From NCBI GenBank assembly GCA_002104905.1, contig MCFE01000501.1:1914-65913 (forward strand): a stretch of 64,000 nt of DNA. Reading direction: 5' to 3'. This stretch comes from Basidiobolus meristosporus CBS 931.73. Lineage: Eukaryota > Fungi > Basidiobolomycota. The notes under the pieces are model-generated. The model saw only the letters and a list, made by a program, of their open reading frames with translations, made no database searches and was not told where the DNA came from. The position numbers and the translations under genes are program-made. Positions within the stretch are counted from its first letter, which is position 1; each line of letters begins with the position of its first letter. Shown in pieces: positions 11,291-23,442 of the stretch.

Positions 11291-14200
11291 AAAGGCTTTT
11301 CTCTCCTTCTTTGGAAACTTTTCAACTTTTTCTGCTGCTCCTATGGGCTCAACTTTCTTTCCTTTTACTATATTCTAAGGCTTTCTTTCCTGAAGGTGGA
11401 TCTGCATTTTGAATCTCAAAGGTCTGTAGTTTTTACCATCAAGCCTCTCCTTTACAGGGAAAATGCTTGTGTTCTTCTGCTTACTAGTAGAAGTCATCTT
11501 TAGAATAGACTAAGCACTTGGGGCACATAACCTGTTACAATTTAAGAAGTTTTTGCATCTGGCAACATAATAAGAAATACTGTTAATAGTTAAGCTATTG
11601 TCAATTCATAAAGAAGCTCAGTATTTATACCTTTGTAGAAGTAATATCTCTGTAACACTAAGTTAGAAGAGTTTTGCAACATTGAGGAGCACTCTGCAAC
11701 AGTTTCATGGTGTATATATGTTGGTACATCTAAATTAATGCCTAATTCTTTGGATAGTTTTGTGAATTTAAAGCCTTCTTAGGTGCTTGACAAGCAGCCA
11801 TATATTCAGCTTCAGTTGTATAGAGGGCCACAGTTAGCTGTTTCTTGCAATTGCAAGTAATAGCTGCACCAGCATATAGAAATACATACCCAGTGGTAGA
11901 GCATCAGTCATTCCAAACACTTGGGGGGAGTTGGGTGAGGGAGTGGGGGAGGGGTTGGCACAAGGTTGAAGGCCCAGTAGCCAAGGGGGAAAGAGCTCTC
12001 CCCTGGGGGGCAAATAATGGCCCCCCAATATTTCAACAAGTTGCCATGCAAATAGCACAAGCAGAGAGCATTCATGTACTGCAGGGGGTGATGATGACAC
12101 CCACTAATAGGCATGCTCATTCCCATACCAAATATAGCACACTTCTTAAATGGAAGTATTTCTTTCAGATTGATGATCCTATGATTCTGCACATATGGTA
12201 TATATGAAATAAGCACAATGACCACACATCCTGTATTGACTTTAAAGATGTTACAGTATGCTCCAGATTATTAAAAAACTCTGATAATCCAGTGCCACTT
12301 TAGTATTACTTCAATAAAGTTTTAATACTGAGACATTTTGCAAGCTAATTGCAGTTCAACTTTTAACTAACTTTTGAAAAGTTCCTCACACCCAAAGCAC
12401 TGCTAGGATTGCAACAGCAATTTTGGCCCAAAAAAGTTGGTTTTTATCAGTTGGCTCATTATCTGTAATACCAATGTATCCAACCTCCTATGGCACACTT
12501 TCTAGTCAGGTTAATTGGTTTCATTAGTTACATCATTAAAGCATACAATTATATTGCATTGTAGTATACAAATGCTGAGTGGATTGACTCCAACAGCTAC
12601 CTTCTGCCTTTTGTCACTCCAAATTGAGAATCTGGGCTGAGTAAAAGCAATTATCAGTCCCTAGCTAGTAGCTTTACTCACCAAGAGTAGGATTGTAGCT
12701 CTTCCAGGTATATGGAGCTTGTGAGTCAGTTTAGCCATCTTAGTCCTTGAGAGCTCACTCATATTGGACATCTATAGACCCATTAGCAGTAGCTTTGAAT
12801 GCAGAGGAGACCACCAGGTAAGTCTTCTTTATCAGAAAAGTCCTCAAGTTCCTTGATCATTCTTTTGTACCACAAGTATGCATCAACTCTCCACAGACAA
12901 GATACTAATCATCAATAAAATATTTTGAAATCTCTTGTACTATTAGAAACTTTACTTGTCTAGCTTCTTTTTTTCCTCAAGTAAGAGGTCCTTGTTCCTG
13001 ATCAACATCTAAGTTGAACATATACTTACTCATTGCCCTACAGTGCCTGCACCATACTCAAAAATATTCTTTTTCTATTCTTAGCTTTCAAATCTGAGTG
13101 TTTGCTATTAGAATTATTATAGAAACATAACATTCACATATTCAGAGATGATGGAGATCTAGAATTTTACCTGTCCCAGCTTCAAAGACTGTAGAGTCAT
13201 GTAATGCTACTGTTAGGATTCTTGTCATTCCTATGTATGATAGTAGCAACTGATTCAGCCTAGAACCTATAGAATGTTGCCTTACCATGTAGCTTAGATC
13301 TTCACATCTCCACTCTTGTTCTAATTGCCTGTTCTACTACTCTATTTTGCTATTTTCTGGCAATATTGTTGTGCATATGATAAAGTATTGAATCTGATAC
13401 CTTGTACTGGTATGAATGCATGATCAAGTGATGGCCTACTATAGGCAGCCTTAAGTATGTAGTTGTGGCACCACATACTGACATATCTTTAGTAACACAT
13501 CTCCCCTAGCTTGATTACATTCTGTAAGTATGCTGCTAATCACAGGTTGTTAACCTGTCCCACCATAGACAGCTAAATATGTATGGAAGGTGGATCCTTG
13601 CTAGACATCTGGCATGCATACATGGCTATATCCAACAACACAATGTGGGCAGTGTGCTCACCATGGATGATAATACAGGCTTCACAGGCAATTACTAAAG
13701 CAACTAATACAGAGTCTCTGAAAAGCTGCAGGCCAGTTGCAATGCTTAGGCAGATTCCCACCACCATTATTTTCAACCATGTTGTCAGCTCATATAAAAG
13801 TATTAATTAGGCAATCAAGTGCAGTAGCTAATATAATTGATGCAATGGCACCAAGTACATAGTCCACAGATCAGTTAAACAGACAATCCATTTATAGCAA
13901 TGAAAGGAACAAGTATTAAGTGCAGTATCTTTGCTGCAAAGAAGGAGCTTGTGTAGCTGAATGTTGCAGACCTGGATTGAATCTCACTCTAATGCTACTA
14001 CAGAGGAGCATCATATATTCTTTAAAGCACAGCTACAGCATCCATAGCTAAGACTGATATAAAAACCCATTACTGCTTGGCCGGTAGTGTTTATAACATA
14101 TCTACCAAAGCTTGAAAATACACTGAAATGGAAAACATGTAGTGCCACCAAGCTCAATGATGAGAAGTGTGCTAATATTCAAAAGGCAGAGGGAAATTTG

Positions 14201-15298
14201 GCATGTTACTCTGTAGGAATCAGCAGATTATGGGACCATCATCAGCCAAAGACCAAGTGCTATGTGCTGAACAAGTTTCACAAACATTATACATGATTCA
14301 GACAAGCATATGGACTTTGGGCCAGTAATGTTATGGTCAGAAGCTATATCAGGAATTTTGCACTATCCAAGACAGAAAAAGAATGGTTCCACAGCCAAAT
14401 ATTAGCAGCATCCTCCAGAGTCTGTTGCAAGCAGGGCTGAAAGCTGTAAACAAGCATTAAAAAAAATGTTGGGAAGCTAGAAGAGAGCTGTTAAGCCACT
14501 AGCAGGCAGAATTGGATGCACTAATGCAACATTGATTTAGCAAAGATATAGCACAATGAAAGAAACACTCAGTCTCAGTGGCAATGATGTACCAGGCAGT
14601 GCTGAAGTTATAGTGAATAGGAAAGGAAAGAAACCAATTGGAAGCAGTGACATAGAGGCAGGAGTAAGAAGCCGCAGGCTTTGCCAAATAGTATTGTTGA
14701 CATGGAGTAGTCCAAGCTCTATAGCAGCCAAGCAGAGGTACTACAATGACTTTAGGTGCTTTCTCAAATTCTTGAAGTACCACTGGTGGAACAACACTCT
14801 GATATAGTAGGTAGGCTTGATGCAAAAGGCAACATAATATAAGCACTAAATCCTGAGTTTTGGCCTTGCCAATGCCCATCATCTGGAGCATTCAGTGCGG
14901 CCAAGCTCCAGCATTACATTCATCAATTAGGATGCAAAATACTGACTACAAGTAAACAAGTAGCCAAGATGATAGTAAACAAGTAATTAGTCAAGGTGTG
15001 CAAAGGGGACCATTACCAAATGCTTCAGTATAATCCCTGTGAGAAAAAAACCTAGGAGTAGATGATGCAATTGCCTTGAGTTGTTAGCATTTGTCATGAT
15101 CTAAACAACAAATTTTTTTTGCAATCTGAATCAAGAAATTGCAACTTAGTGATTACTAAGTTTTTGATATAAGTAATATCATGGTTGTCTCACATTTGAG
15201 ACAAAGCCCCTACATATGAACACCCTGTATATATGCACATTATCTGTGACAACAGTGCAGCTACTTAATAGGATTTGCACCTGTGCAATCAGTTGCAT

Positions 15299-15995
15299 TG
15301 TGGTGGTGTATAAGTCCAAGGGAGAGATAGAACCAACACTTCTCAAGTGTTTTGTGTGTGGGGTGCTCACTGGGTGCAATAGCCTCTGGCAAAAGCTTGC
15401 TAAGAATACTTGGGTTCTGTCTCTAATCTAATGTGATTGGGAATAAAGCCACAAGTTTGTCAAGAGAAAGCTATTGAGCTACAATCCCCAACTTAGTTGG
15501 TATCTTAACAAAAGTAGGTGTTGGGTTCAGCATCCTTTGAGATGCCAATGTACTAAAGCTTTCAAAGTCAAAACAACTGTAAGCTCCACCAGCAGGGACT
15601 TGACAAGAATGCAGCAGTGTTCAATAGCTACAAAGACAGAAAAGTATCTTTGCCTGTACAAGAACAAACTTGGGAAAGAATCAAATATAACAAAAGATAC
15701 CCACTCTGAGTATTCCTCACAAGTAGTGCCTCCAAGGTCAGTTGGCTGTCAGCATGGTTTCCTGGGAGTGTCCATTGGTCTGGGGTTTGAAGTTCAGGTA
15801 GCAGCAGGTAGCAGTGATCATACTAATCAACAGGTTGGTATTTTGATAAAAGGGATGATGATTTATTGTTGAGGGATAGCCTCCCTTATATACTTTTCTT
15901 ACTGACTAAGTGATTACAAATTATAGTGTTCCAGAAGGTTCCAGATATCAATAGAAATATCAATGACATCAGAATGACCTAAGAATGTTCTAAGT
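15299..15995 (-). repeat. Partial family-1 LTR, reverse orientation
   Basis: Reverse complement of the 3' ~700 bp of 832-1896. Confidence 0.9.
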
Positions 15996-16933
15996 GATGG
16001 TAACCAAAGTGGTAAGTATCAGTGTAATCTGTAGTGTGATATGCATTTGTTTCCATTAGCATTAAGAAACCATATCTAAATACCAGATTCTACCTACCAC
16101 AATAATGGTATCTGATTGCACATGTGATGCCAATATTACAAGCTAGCACAGTCATCTGTGCTAACCTCATTGTGTAAGAATGTGCCATAGTGTGCAGGAT
16201 TGTCCCAGATTGTGCAAAATTTTCCAGGAGCAATCCTGCCTCTTGGTAGCTACAATATCATGCCCAATTGTTCTTAACAACCATGGATTGGGCTGCATGC
16301 CCTGGCACAGTACAATGAAACAAGTCAAATATCCTTATACTACTGAGTAAGTTGTACATGGGGCATTCCAAGCTAAATGAGCCCTTTGAGATATCAGGGA
16401 AGTTTGAAAGAATTGGCAGATTTTACAGAGAATCTGCCCCCAAAGTACTTCTGACTAGCTCCAATCAATATTTTGATACATATGCTACAAATCAAGTGCA
16501 AGGACTGGATCAGCTGGATATATATTTGCTCCAGTGGCCTTCTGAAGCCATTTCTACCAAGAGTACATTGGAAGCATTAGGAGTCATATGTTGACATTGT
16601 AGGAATATTTATCCAGAAGTGGATCACCAATGCCAGCTTGATGCATCTACATCATTTATGCAAAGAGTTTGTGATGGGATTTGAGTGGCTGTACTACAAA
16701 CATAAAGCTGATCTTGCAGATCTCTGCTGCTACTGTATCCATTCTCTACTCCATCTTACCTAGTGTGTGGAGAATATTGGGCCTTGCTTCACATTTTGAA
16801 AGTTTCCTATGGAGCAGATGTGTGCGGAGATAGGAAGACAAGTCAAGTTGCAGGTACTACAATGTTACAATTTCATCAAAAATATTAACTTCAAGTCTAT
16901 CATGGATGTGATGAGTTGGCACATGGAGGACAG

Positions 16934-17158
16934 TGTTATGAATAGACACAAGGCAGGAGAGTAGGACTAGGCAAGGCAGGACCAGGAAAGGACTTAGGTG
17001 TGGATCAACAAGGCAAGGTGGATTTCCAAGGCAAGGCTGTTTATTCAAGGCCTGTGTTTATCAGACTGAGGAGTACATAAGGGGAGATAGGCCTATATAT
17101 ACTTTTTGGCAATATGGATGCCAAGAGATATTGGCTAATACTGATGGGGTTTCTGATA
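16934..17158 (-). repeat. ~225-bp solo-LTR-like repeat, copy A
   Basis: Near-identical to 21617-21838. Termini TGTTA.../...TGATA, with TATA and AATAAA on the minus strand. No TSD found. Confidence 0.7.
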
Positions 17159-20137
17159 TCCTTACTAGGAATGAAAGGATGACAAGACTTGAGGGCTGGG
17201 TGGCAAGAATCTCAAAATGTTTCTTGCTCAGCAATGGGTGTTCCATTTGCCAACAGGCATCATCTCCCTCTTCCAGGGCATATTCTTTTTTTCTGGACAG
17301 GGTATCAGGCTTTCCTTGCTTTGCACCAGGTCTATAGGTAATAGTAAAGTCAAAGCTGGACAGGAAGAGTGACCATCTGGCTTGTCTCCGGTTAAGTACT
17401 TTGGGGGTTGCAAGGTACTTGAGGTTCTTATGGTCACAGAAGACTTTGATTTTGTGTTTTGCACCATCCAGGTAGTGTCTCCATTGCTCAAAGGCTACAA
17501 TGATGGCAAGCAACTCCTTATCATAGATATCATAGTTGATCTCTGCAGGGGAATACATCTGAGAGTTGAATGCAATGGGGTGCAACACATTGTCTTCATT
17601 GTACTGGGAGAGTATGGCACCAAGGGCAAAATCAGAAGCATCAGTCTCCACTATGAATTGCTTCTCAAGGTCAGGGTGGGCAAGCAGGGGGGCCTTCAGG
17701 AAAGATTTCTTGAGTTGGCTGAACAAGGTGGATTGCTCCTCATTCCAGGCAAAAGGTGTGTTCTTCTGGGTAAGCTTTGTCAGAGGGGTGACTATCTTGG
17801 AGTAGTTGGCTATGAACCTGCAATAGAAGTTGGCAAATCCCAGGAAGGATTGTACTTCCTTGACTGAGCTTAGAGTTTTCCAGGATTGGACTGAGTCAAC
17901 TTTCTTTGGGTCCATTCTTGTTCCCTCAGGGCTGATGAGGTAACCAAGAAACTCCACTTCTCTCTGGTCAAATTCACACCTCTTTAGCTTGGCATAGAGA
18001 CTGGCAAAGCCTAGTTTTCTTAATACTTTCTTGACATGTTCATCATGTTCATCTTGGCTCTTAAAGTATATGAGAGTATCATCAAGGTAGACTGCCACAA
18101 ACTGGTCAAGGTACTCACAGAATATGTCATTCATGAGGTGTTGAAACACAGCAGGGGCATTGGCGAGGCCAAATGGCATTACTTTGTACTCAAAGTGACC
18201 ATATCTTGTGCAAAAGGCAGTTTTCTATTCATCACCAGGCTTGATTCTGGCAAAATTGTAAGCTCCTCTCAAGTCAATCTTGGTGAAGTCTTGGGCAGCA
18301 GATAGCTGATCCAACAGTGTGTTGATCATGGGCAGGGGTTAGCAGTTCTTGACTGTGATCTTATTCAAAGCACAGTAGTCCACACACATTCTGAGGGTGC
18401 CATCCTTCTTCTTGACAAAGAGGATTGGGGCTCCTGCAGGTGATTTGGAGTGCTGAATAAAGCCCTTCTGGAGGTTTTCTTAAATATAACCATGGAGTTC
18501 TTTCAACTCCGGCTGGGAGAGGTTACATATTGGGCCAAATGGAGGGACTTTTCCATCTTCAAGATCAATAGGGCAGTCATAAGGCTGATGATCAGGGAGG
18601 AGTTCTGCTTTCTTCTTGTCAAAGATATGGGCAAACTCTTGGTACTTGGCTGGTATATTTGCTGAGGGGGCTCCTTCAGCTGGCAAGATATCTTGGGCTA
18701 TTGAACTGTTGGCAACAGTCTTTTCACGGTTATCAGGGTCTGGACATTTCATGGAGTTGACTTGGTGGGATCTGGTGAATGACAGGATCTTGGATTTTCA
18801 ATCAATACTTGGATTGTGGTAGCTCAGCCATGAGCTTCCAAGCACAATAGGATTGTGTGGTGAGTTGATGATGTTGAATGCAAATCTTTCTTGGTGAGCA
18901 GTACTGGACAGCTGGAGTAAGCATGTTTCATGGGTAATGGCACCAGAGGAGAGTGATCTTCCATCAATAGCTTCTAGTTGGACTGGACAGGATTTCAAGG
19001 TAACAGGAATGGAGTGCTTCTGGACAAAGGCTTGGTCAATGAAACAGGATGAAGCACCAGAATCAACCTGGACTAGGACTGGGACAGGACTGGAGTCAGG
19101 GATCTGGATCTTGACAGGCATTCTCATGGACTGGATAGATTTTGTGGCAAAGGAAGATTCTTGGATATGCTGGATTTTCATGGGTGGGTCCAGTTGCAAG
19201 CCTGTCAGTGCAACTGGACATTGGAGTTTCCCGACAGATCTGAATCAGGTTGATTACTAGAGGACTGCATCAGCTTGAAGCTGGACTTCTTGTTGGGGCA
19301 GGATTTGGCAATGTGACCTGGTTGGCCACAGTATAGACAGAGGTTAGCTTGTTGACATCTGGACTTTTCACTCTTTGATAGTTTCTTGTATTTGGCACTA
19401 TCAATCTGCATGGGATCTTCTGGAGTGACTTGGGGAGCAGGAGGGGCTGGGACTGCAACAGGAATGTGTCTTTGATGGTTCTTTTGCTTCTTCTGGAATA
19501 GTCTGTTATCACACTGGATTGCTTGGTGCATAGCTTCAACCAATGTATCTGGATCTGGGAGTGTGAGTAGCAGATCACAAACTTCATCATTGAGGCCATC
19601 TTGGAATTGGCTAATCAAGGCTGCATGACCCCAGGAGCTGAGGTCACTGGAGAGTTGTTGGAATTCTGGGGCATAGACTGATGCTGGCTTGTTTCCTTGT
19701 TTGAGGGTCTTGATCTTGTTGGCAGCAGTTCTGGCTTGGTCAAGGTTACCAGATGTTAGCTCCATATCAGTGAGGAAGGCTTGGTAGTCTCTGAGTAGGG
19801 GAGAGTTGGTCTCCACTAATGGGGCAAACCACTTGAGAGCTGTACCAGTAAACAGGTTGGAGATGAAGCCAACTTTGGCCTAGTCAGTGGGGTACCGGTT
19901 GGGCTGGAGTGCAAGATTGTTCTTCACCATGTTTATTAAGCCAGGGAATTCATTCTGAGAGCCATAGAACTTGGTAGCAGGTGTATACTTGGGTTCTTAG
20001 TTGACTGGGACATGGCTAGTTTGCTGGACACTTTGGTTCTAGAACTGAGCAAGAGTGTTTCTGAGGTCTGCATGGTCTTGCTGCAGTTGGGTAAAGGCAG
20101 CCATTAGCTGGGCAAAGTTCAGCTCTAGGTTGGACAT
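17159..20137 (-). mobile_element. Ty3/gypsy element 2 (Tf2/sushi/PEG10-like gag-pol), truncated after RNase H
   Basis: gag ATG at 20137; CCHC knuckle CLYCGQPGHIAKSC; protease VDSGASSCF; RT MPFGLANAPAVFQ...YLDD; RH ETDASDFALG...DKELLAI...DHKNL. No integrase. Confidence 0.92.
19188..19232 (-). promoter_or_regulatory. -1 programmed ribosomal frameshift signal of element 2
   Basis: G-GGA-AAC slippery heptamer, a 6-nt spacer, then a perfect 11-bp stem GTCCAGTTGCA/TGCAACTGGAC. pol is open in the -1 frame from the slip site. Confidence 0.85.
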
Positions 20138-20155
20138 GGTAGGAGAGGAAGGCAG

Positions 20156-21224
20156 TGTAGTGGGGTGACAGTGACACCCACTGACAGATGTGCTCATTCC
20201 CTCATTTTCTACTTCCCTATATCTCTACTACATTTATTTTAGTTTTATCCCATTTGTCTTACCCAATCAGAACTATCCCATAAGCCGGTTGACTATCACA
20301 CCTGCTTACCTTATTGCATAAGTTACCCCTCACTTTATGTAGATTACTAGCTATAAGCGCTCCTATATTAGGCAAGTACCCGCGCCAGTACCTGTGACAC
20401 ATGATCAACCTGTGTCACCATACCTACCATTTCCATACAATATATGGTATCCCTATGTTACACAGGTTTCAGAATACTGATTCCTGATTGGTTGGATGTG
20501 CTGTGCCTCTTAGAACCTTCTGGCACCTACTTAGAACATTCTTAGGTCATTCTGATGTCATGAAGATTTCTATTGATATCCAGAACCTTCTGGAACACCA
20601 TGATTAGTAATCACTTAGCCAGTAAGAAAAGTATATGAGGGAGGCTATCCTCAACAATAAATCATCATCCCTTTTATCAATATACCAACTTGTTGATTAG
20701 TGTGATCACTGCTACCTGCTGCTACCTGAACTTTTAACCCCAGACCACAGGACACTCCCAGGAAACTGCGCTGACAGCCAACTGACCTTGGAGGCACTAC
20801 TTGTGAGGAATACTCAGAGTGGGTATCTTTTGTTATATTTGATTCTTTCCCAAGTTTGTTCTTGTACAGGCAAAGATACTTTTCTGTCTTTGTAACTATT
20901 GACCACAGCTGCATTCTTATCAAGTCCATGCTGCTGGAGTTTACAGTTGTTTTGACTTTGGAAGCTTTAGTACATTGTCATCTCAAAGGATGCTGAACCC
21001 AGCACATACTTTTGTTAAGACACCAACTAAGTTGGGGATTGTAGCTCAATAGTTTTCCCTTGACAAGCTTGTGGCTTTATTCCCCTTCACATTAGATTAG
21101 AGACAGAACCCAAGTATTCCTAGCAAGCTTTTGCCAGAGGTTATTGCACCCAGTGAACACCCCACACACAAAACACTTGAGAAGTGTTGGATGTATCTCT
21201 CCCTTGGACTTATACACCACCACA
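20156..21224 (+). repeat. Solo family-1 LTR inserted just upstream of the element 2 gag
   Basis: Full-length LTR copy with flanks GCAG / GCGG (a TSD with one CpG transition). Confidence 0.9.
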
Positions 21225-21304
21225 GCGGATGAACTTGCAAGGAATACTGGAATATACTAAACTAGATTGTGGGTTTATAAAGCCACTAGTATGTCAAGAA
21301 TACA

Positions 21305-21570
21305 ACTATTGAGCCACAATCCCTAACTTAAATAAGTTAGCGTCACTTCAGAAGGTACTGGTCTTGATGTCCTTTGATAGAGTATTGTACTAAAGCTTCC
21401 AATACTGTAACAACTGTAAACTCCACCAGCAGGGTAATAAAGTGAATGCAGCTTTGACCAATAGTTTTACAAAAATAAAGTATCTTTGCCTTTATAGGAC
21501 AAGATTTGGGAAAGATGGTGGGTGATACTTATGGTGAGTATTCCTTTTACAGGTTTTCTTAAAACTTTGG
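21305..21570 (-). repeat. Diverged LTR-like segment homologous to the family-1 LTR U5 region
   Basis: Colinear similarity to 15474-15720 (ctattgagc...gtactaaagctt...ctccaccagcaggg...aagtatctttgcct...ttgggaaag). Confidence 0.65.
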
Positions 21571-21616
21571 GCAGAAGGCAGGGATCCACAGGTAAGTCAG
21601 GAGAGTCTGATAAAAC

Positions 21617-21838
21617 TGTTATGAATAGACACAAGGCAGGAGAGTAGGACTAGGCAAGGCAGGACCAGGAAAGGACTTAGGTGTGGATCAACATGGCAAG
21701 GTGGATTTCCAAGGCAAGGCTGTTTATTCAAGGCCTGTGTTTATCAGACTGAGGAGTACATAAGGGGGGATAGGACTATATATACTTTTTGGCAATATGG
21801 ATGCCAAGAGATATTGGCTAATACTGATGGGGTTCTGA
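21617..21838 (-). repeat. ~225-bp solo-LTR-like repeat, copy B
   Basis: Near-identical to 16934-17158. Confidence 0.7.
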
Positions 21839-22740
21839 GTGAGGCACAGTAAGTGTGCCAAGATAGAATATACCAAAGAACAGACTGAAATATCACATGG
21901 AGGTATGTCAGGGGTCAGCTGGTCATGTGACTAGGTCATGTGACATGTAGTTACCATATATGGTACTGGACTATGAAAGATACAATGGGAAGCTTCCATG
22001 GAATGTTCCATTGTGTAACAATGGTTTGGAATGGTCAGGAACTTTCTGGAAGGTGGTAGAAGGTTCCTGAAGGAATCTCTTAGAAATTGAGCTAGGAAGC
22101 TGAAACTTGGCATGGGTGTTCATGGTTGTCATGTGATCATGACAGACAGCAAGGAAGAGTTAGAAAATACTGAAGACAGATGAGCACATGGAGACACCTA
22201 TGCCTTTGGAATTAAGAAGCTAAGCAGCCTCAATGCATGAATAATCTTGTTGAACAGCAAATACATTGCTCCCAGTGGAAAGCTTTGACTCCAACAGATA
22301 CCTGCTATCTTAAGTATCACTGGCTTCCAATTAATTCCATATTCTGGCCAACAGCATATAGCTTGCCAACTTTGCTACAATTGCATGCTGACTTCTGTAC
22401 ACTCCCTTGTTGGGAGATCATGTTCTTAGTGTTAGTGTTTGGATAATAATAATGTGTGTGAGTTACGGTGTAAATCTCCTGGATCTCATGCATTTGACAG
22501 CAATACCATCCATTGTGCCCAGAAAACTGGCTATCTTGCTGATGGCTGGGTATCTCCAATGTAGATAATAATAAGCACTTAGATATGATGGCCATTTAGT
22601 AGTAACCTGCTGGAAAGCATACAAAATTCATCCAGCAATGGATACAGGTGGCTGTCAATGTTGGACAGTGATTTAGGCCCAGATACCAGTGGGACAACCA
22701 TCAGATCTCTGATCTAACACTATAAGATAGGTGCCAAACT

Positions 22741-23442
22741 TTTTGTAAGTTTCTTGAAGATACCGGAAGTGATTGGGAGAACAAATAGATTATGTGGCTT
22801 TCACTTAATGATTTATTGAGTGTAAAAGTATTATTTATTCTTTTACATGGCCTTGGAATTACAAGTACATAGAATAGATTAAGAAAGGTCCCAAGTGTTG
22901 TAAAATTTGTAATTCCACCTAAATATTCACCTAAATTAGTCACTTAGATCATTACCCTCAGATCCTAGAGAATACTGAGCAAATTCTTTGTTGAGATTTA
23001 CTTAGAATATTTTCACCAAAATACCAGGTACTCAGAACATGAGAATTCTCAAAGTTGTCCAAACAGCCCCAAACTTTGCACACATGTTCTTGGGACCTTC
23101 CTTAGCCTATTCTACATGCTTATAATGCCAAGACTATGTAAAAGTATAAATACTACTCTTACATTCAATAAATCATTAAGTGAAAACCACATAATCTACT
23201 TGTTCTCCCAATCACTTCCAATATCTCCAAGACTCTTACAACACCAAGAACATGTGTGCAAAGCTTGGGGCTGCTTAGACAACTTTGAGAATTATAGCAT
23301 TGTGGGTACCTGGTAATTTGGTGAAAATATTCTAAGTAAATCTCAACAAAGAATTTGCTCAGTATTCTCTAGGATTTGAAGGTAATGATCTAAGTGACTA
23401 AGTTAGGTGAATATTTAGGTGGAATTACAAATTTTTACAACA
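22741..23442 (-). mobile_element. Copia LTR (minus) containing a nested copy of the same LTR in the opposite orientation
   Basis: The outer copy begins TGTTGTAAAAATTTG on the minus strand at 23442. The inner copy is 22896-23243. Confidence 0.8.
22896..23243 (+). mobile_element. Solo copia LTR (348 bp)
   Basis: TGTTG...CAACA termini with a perfect 5-bp TSD CCAAG (22891-22895 / 23244-23248). Confidence 0.9.

Noticed and set aside
11560-15200. Possible hAT/Mutator remnant and a G-quadruplex-like tract near 11921-11955
   Set aside because: CpG-depleted and probably repeat-derived, but no diagnostic motif or terminal inverted repeats could be established.
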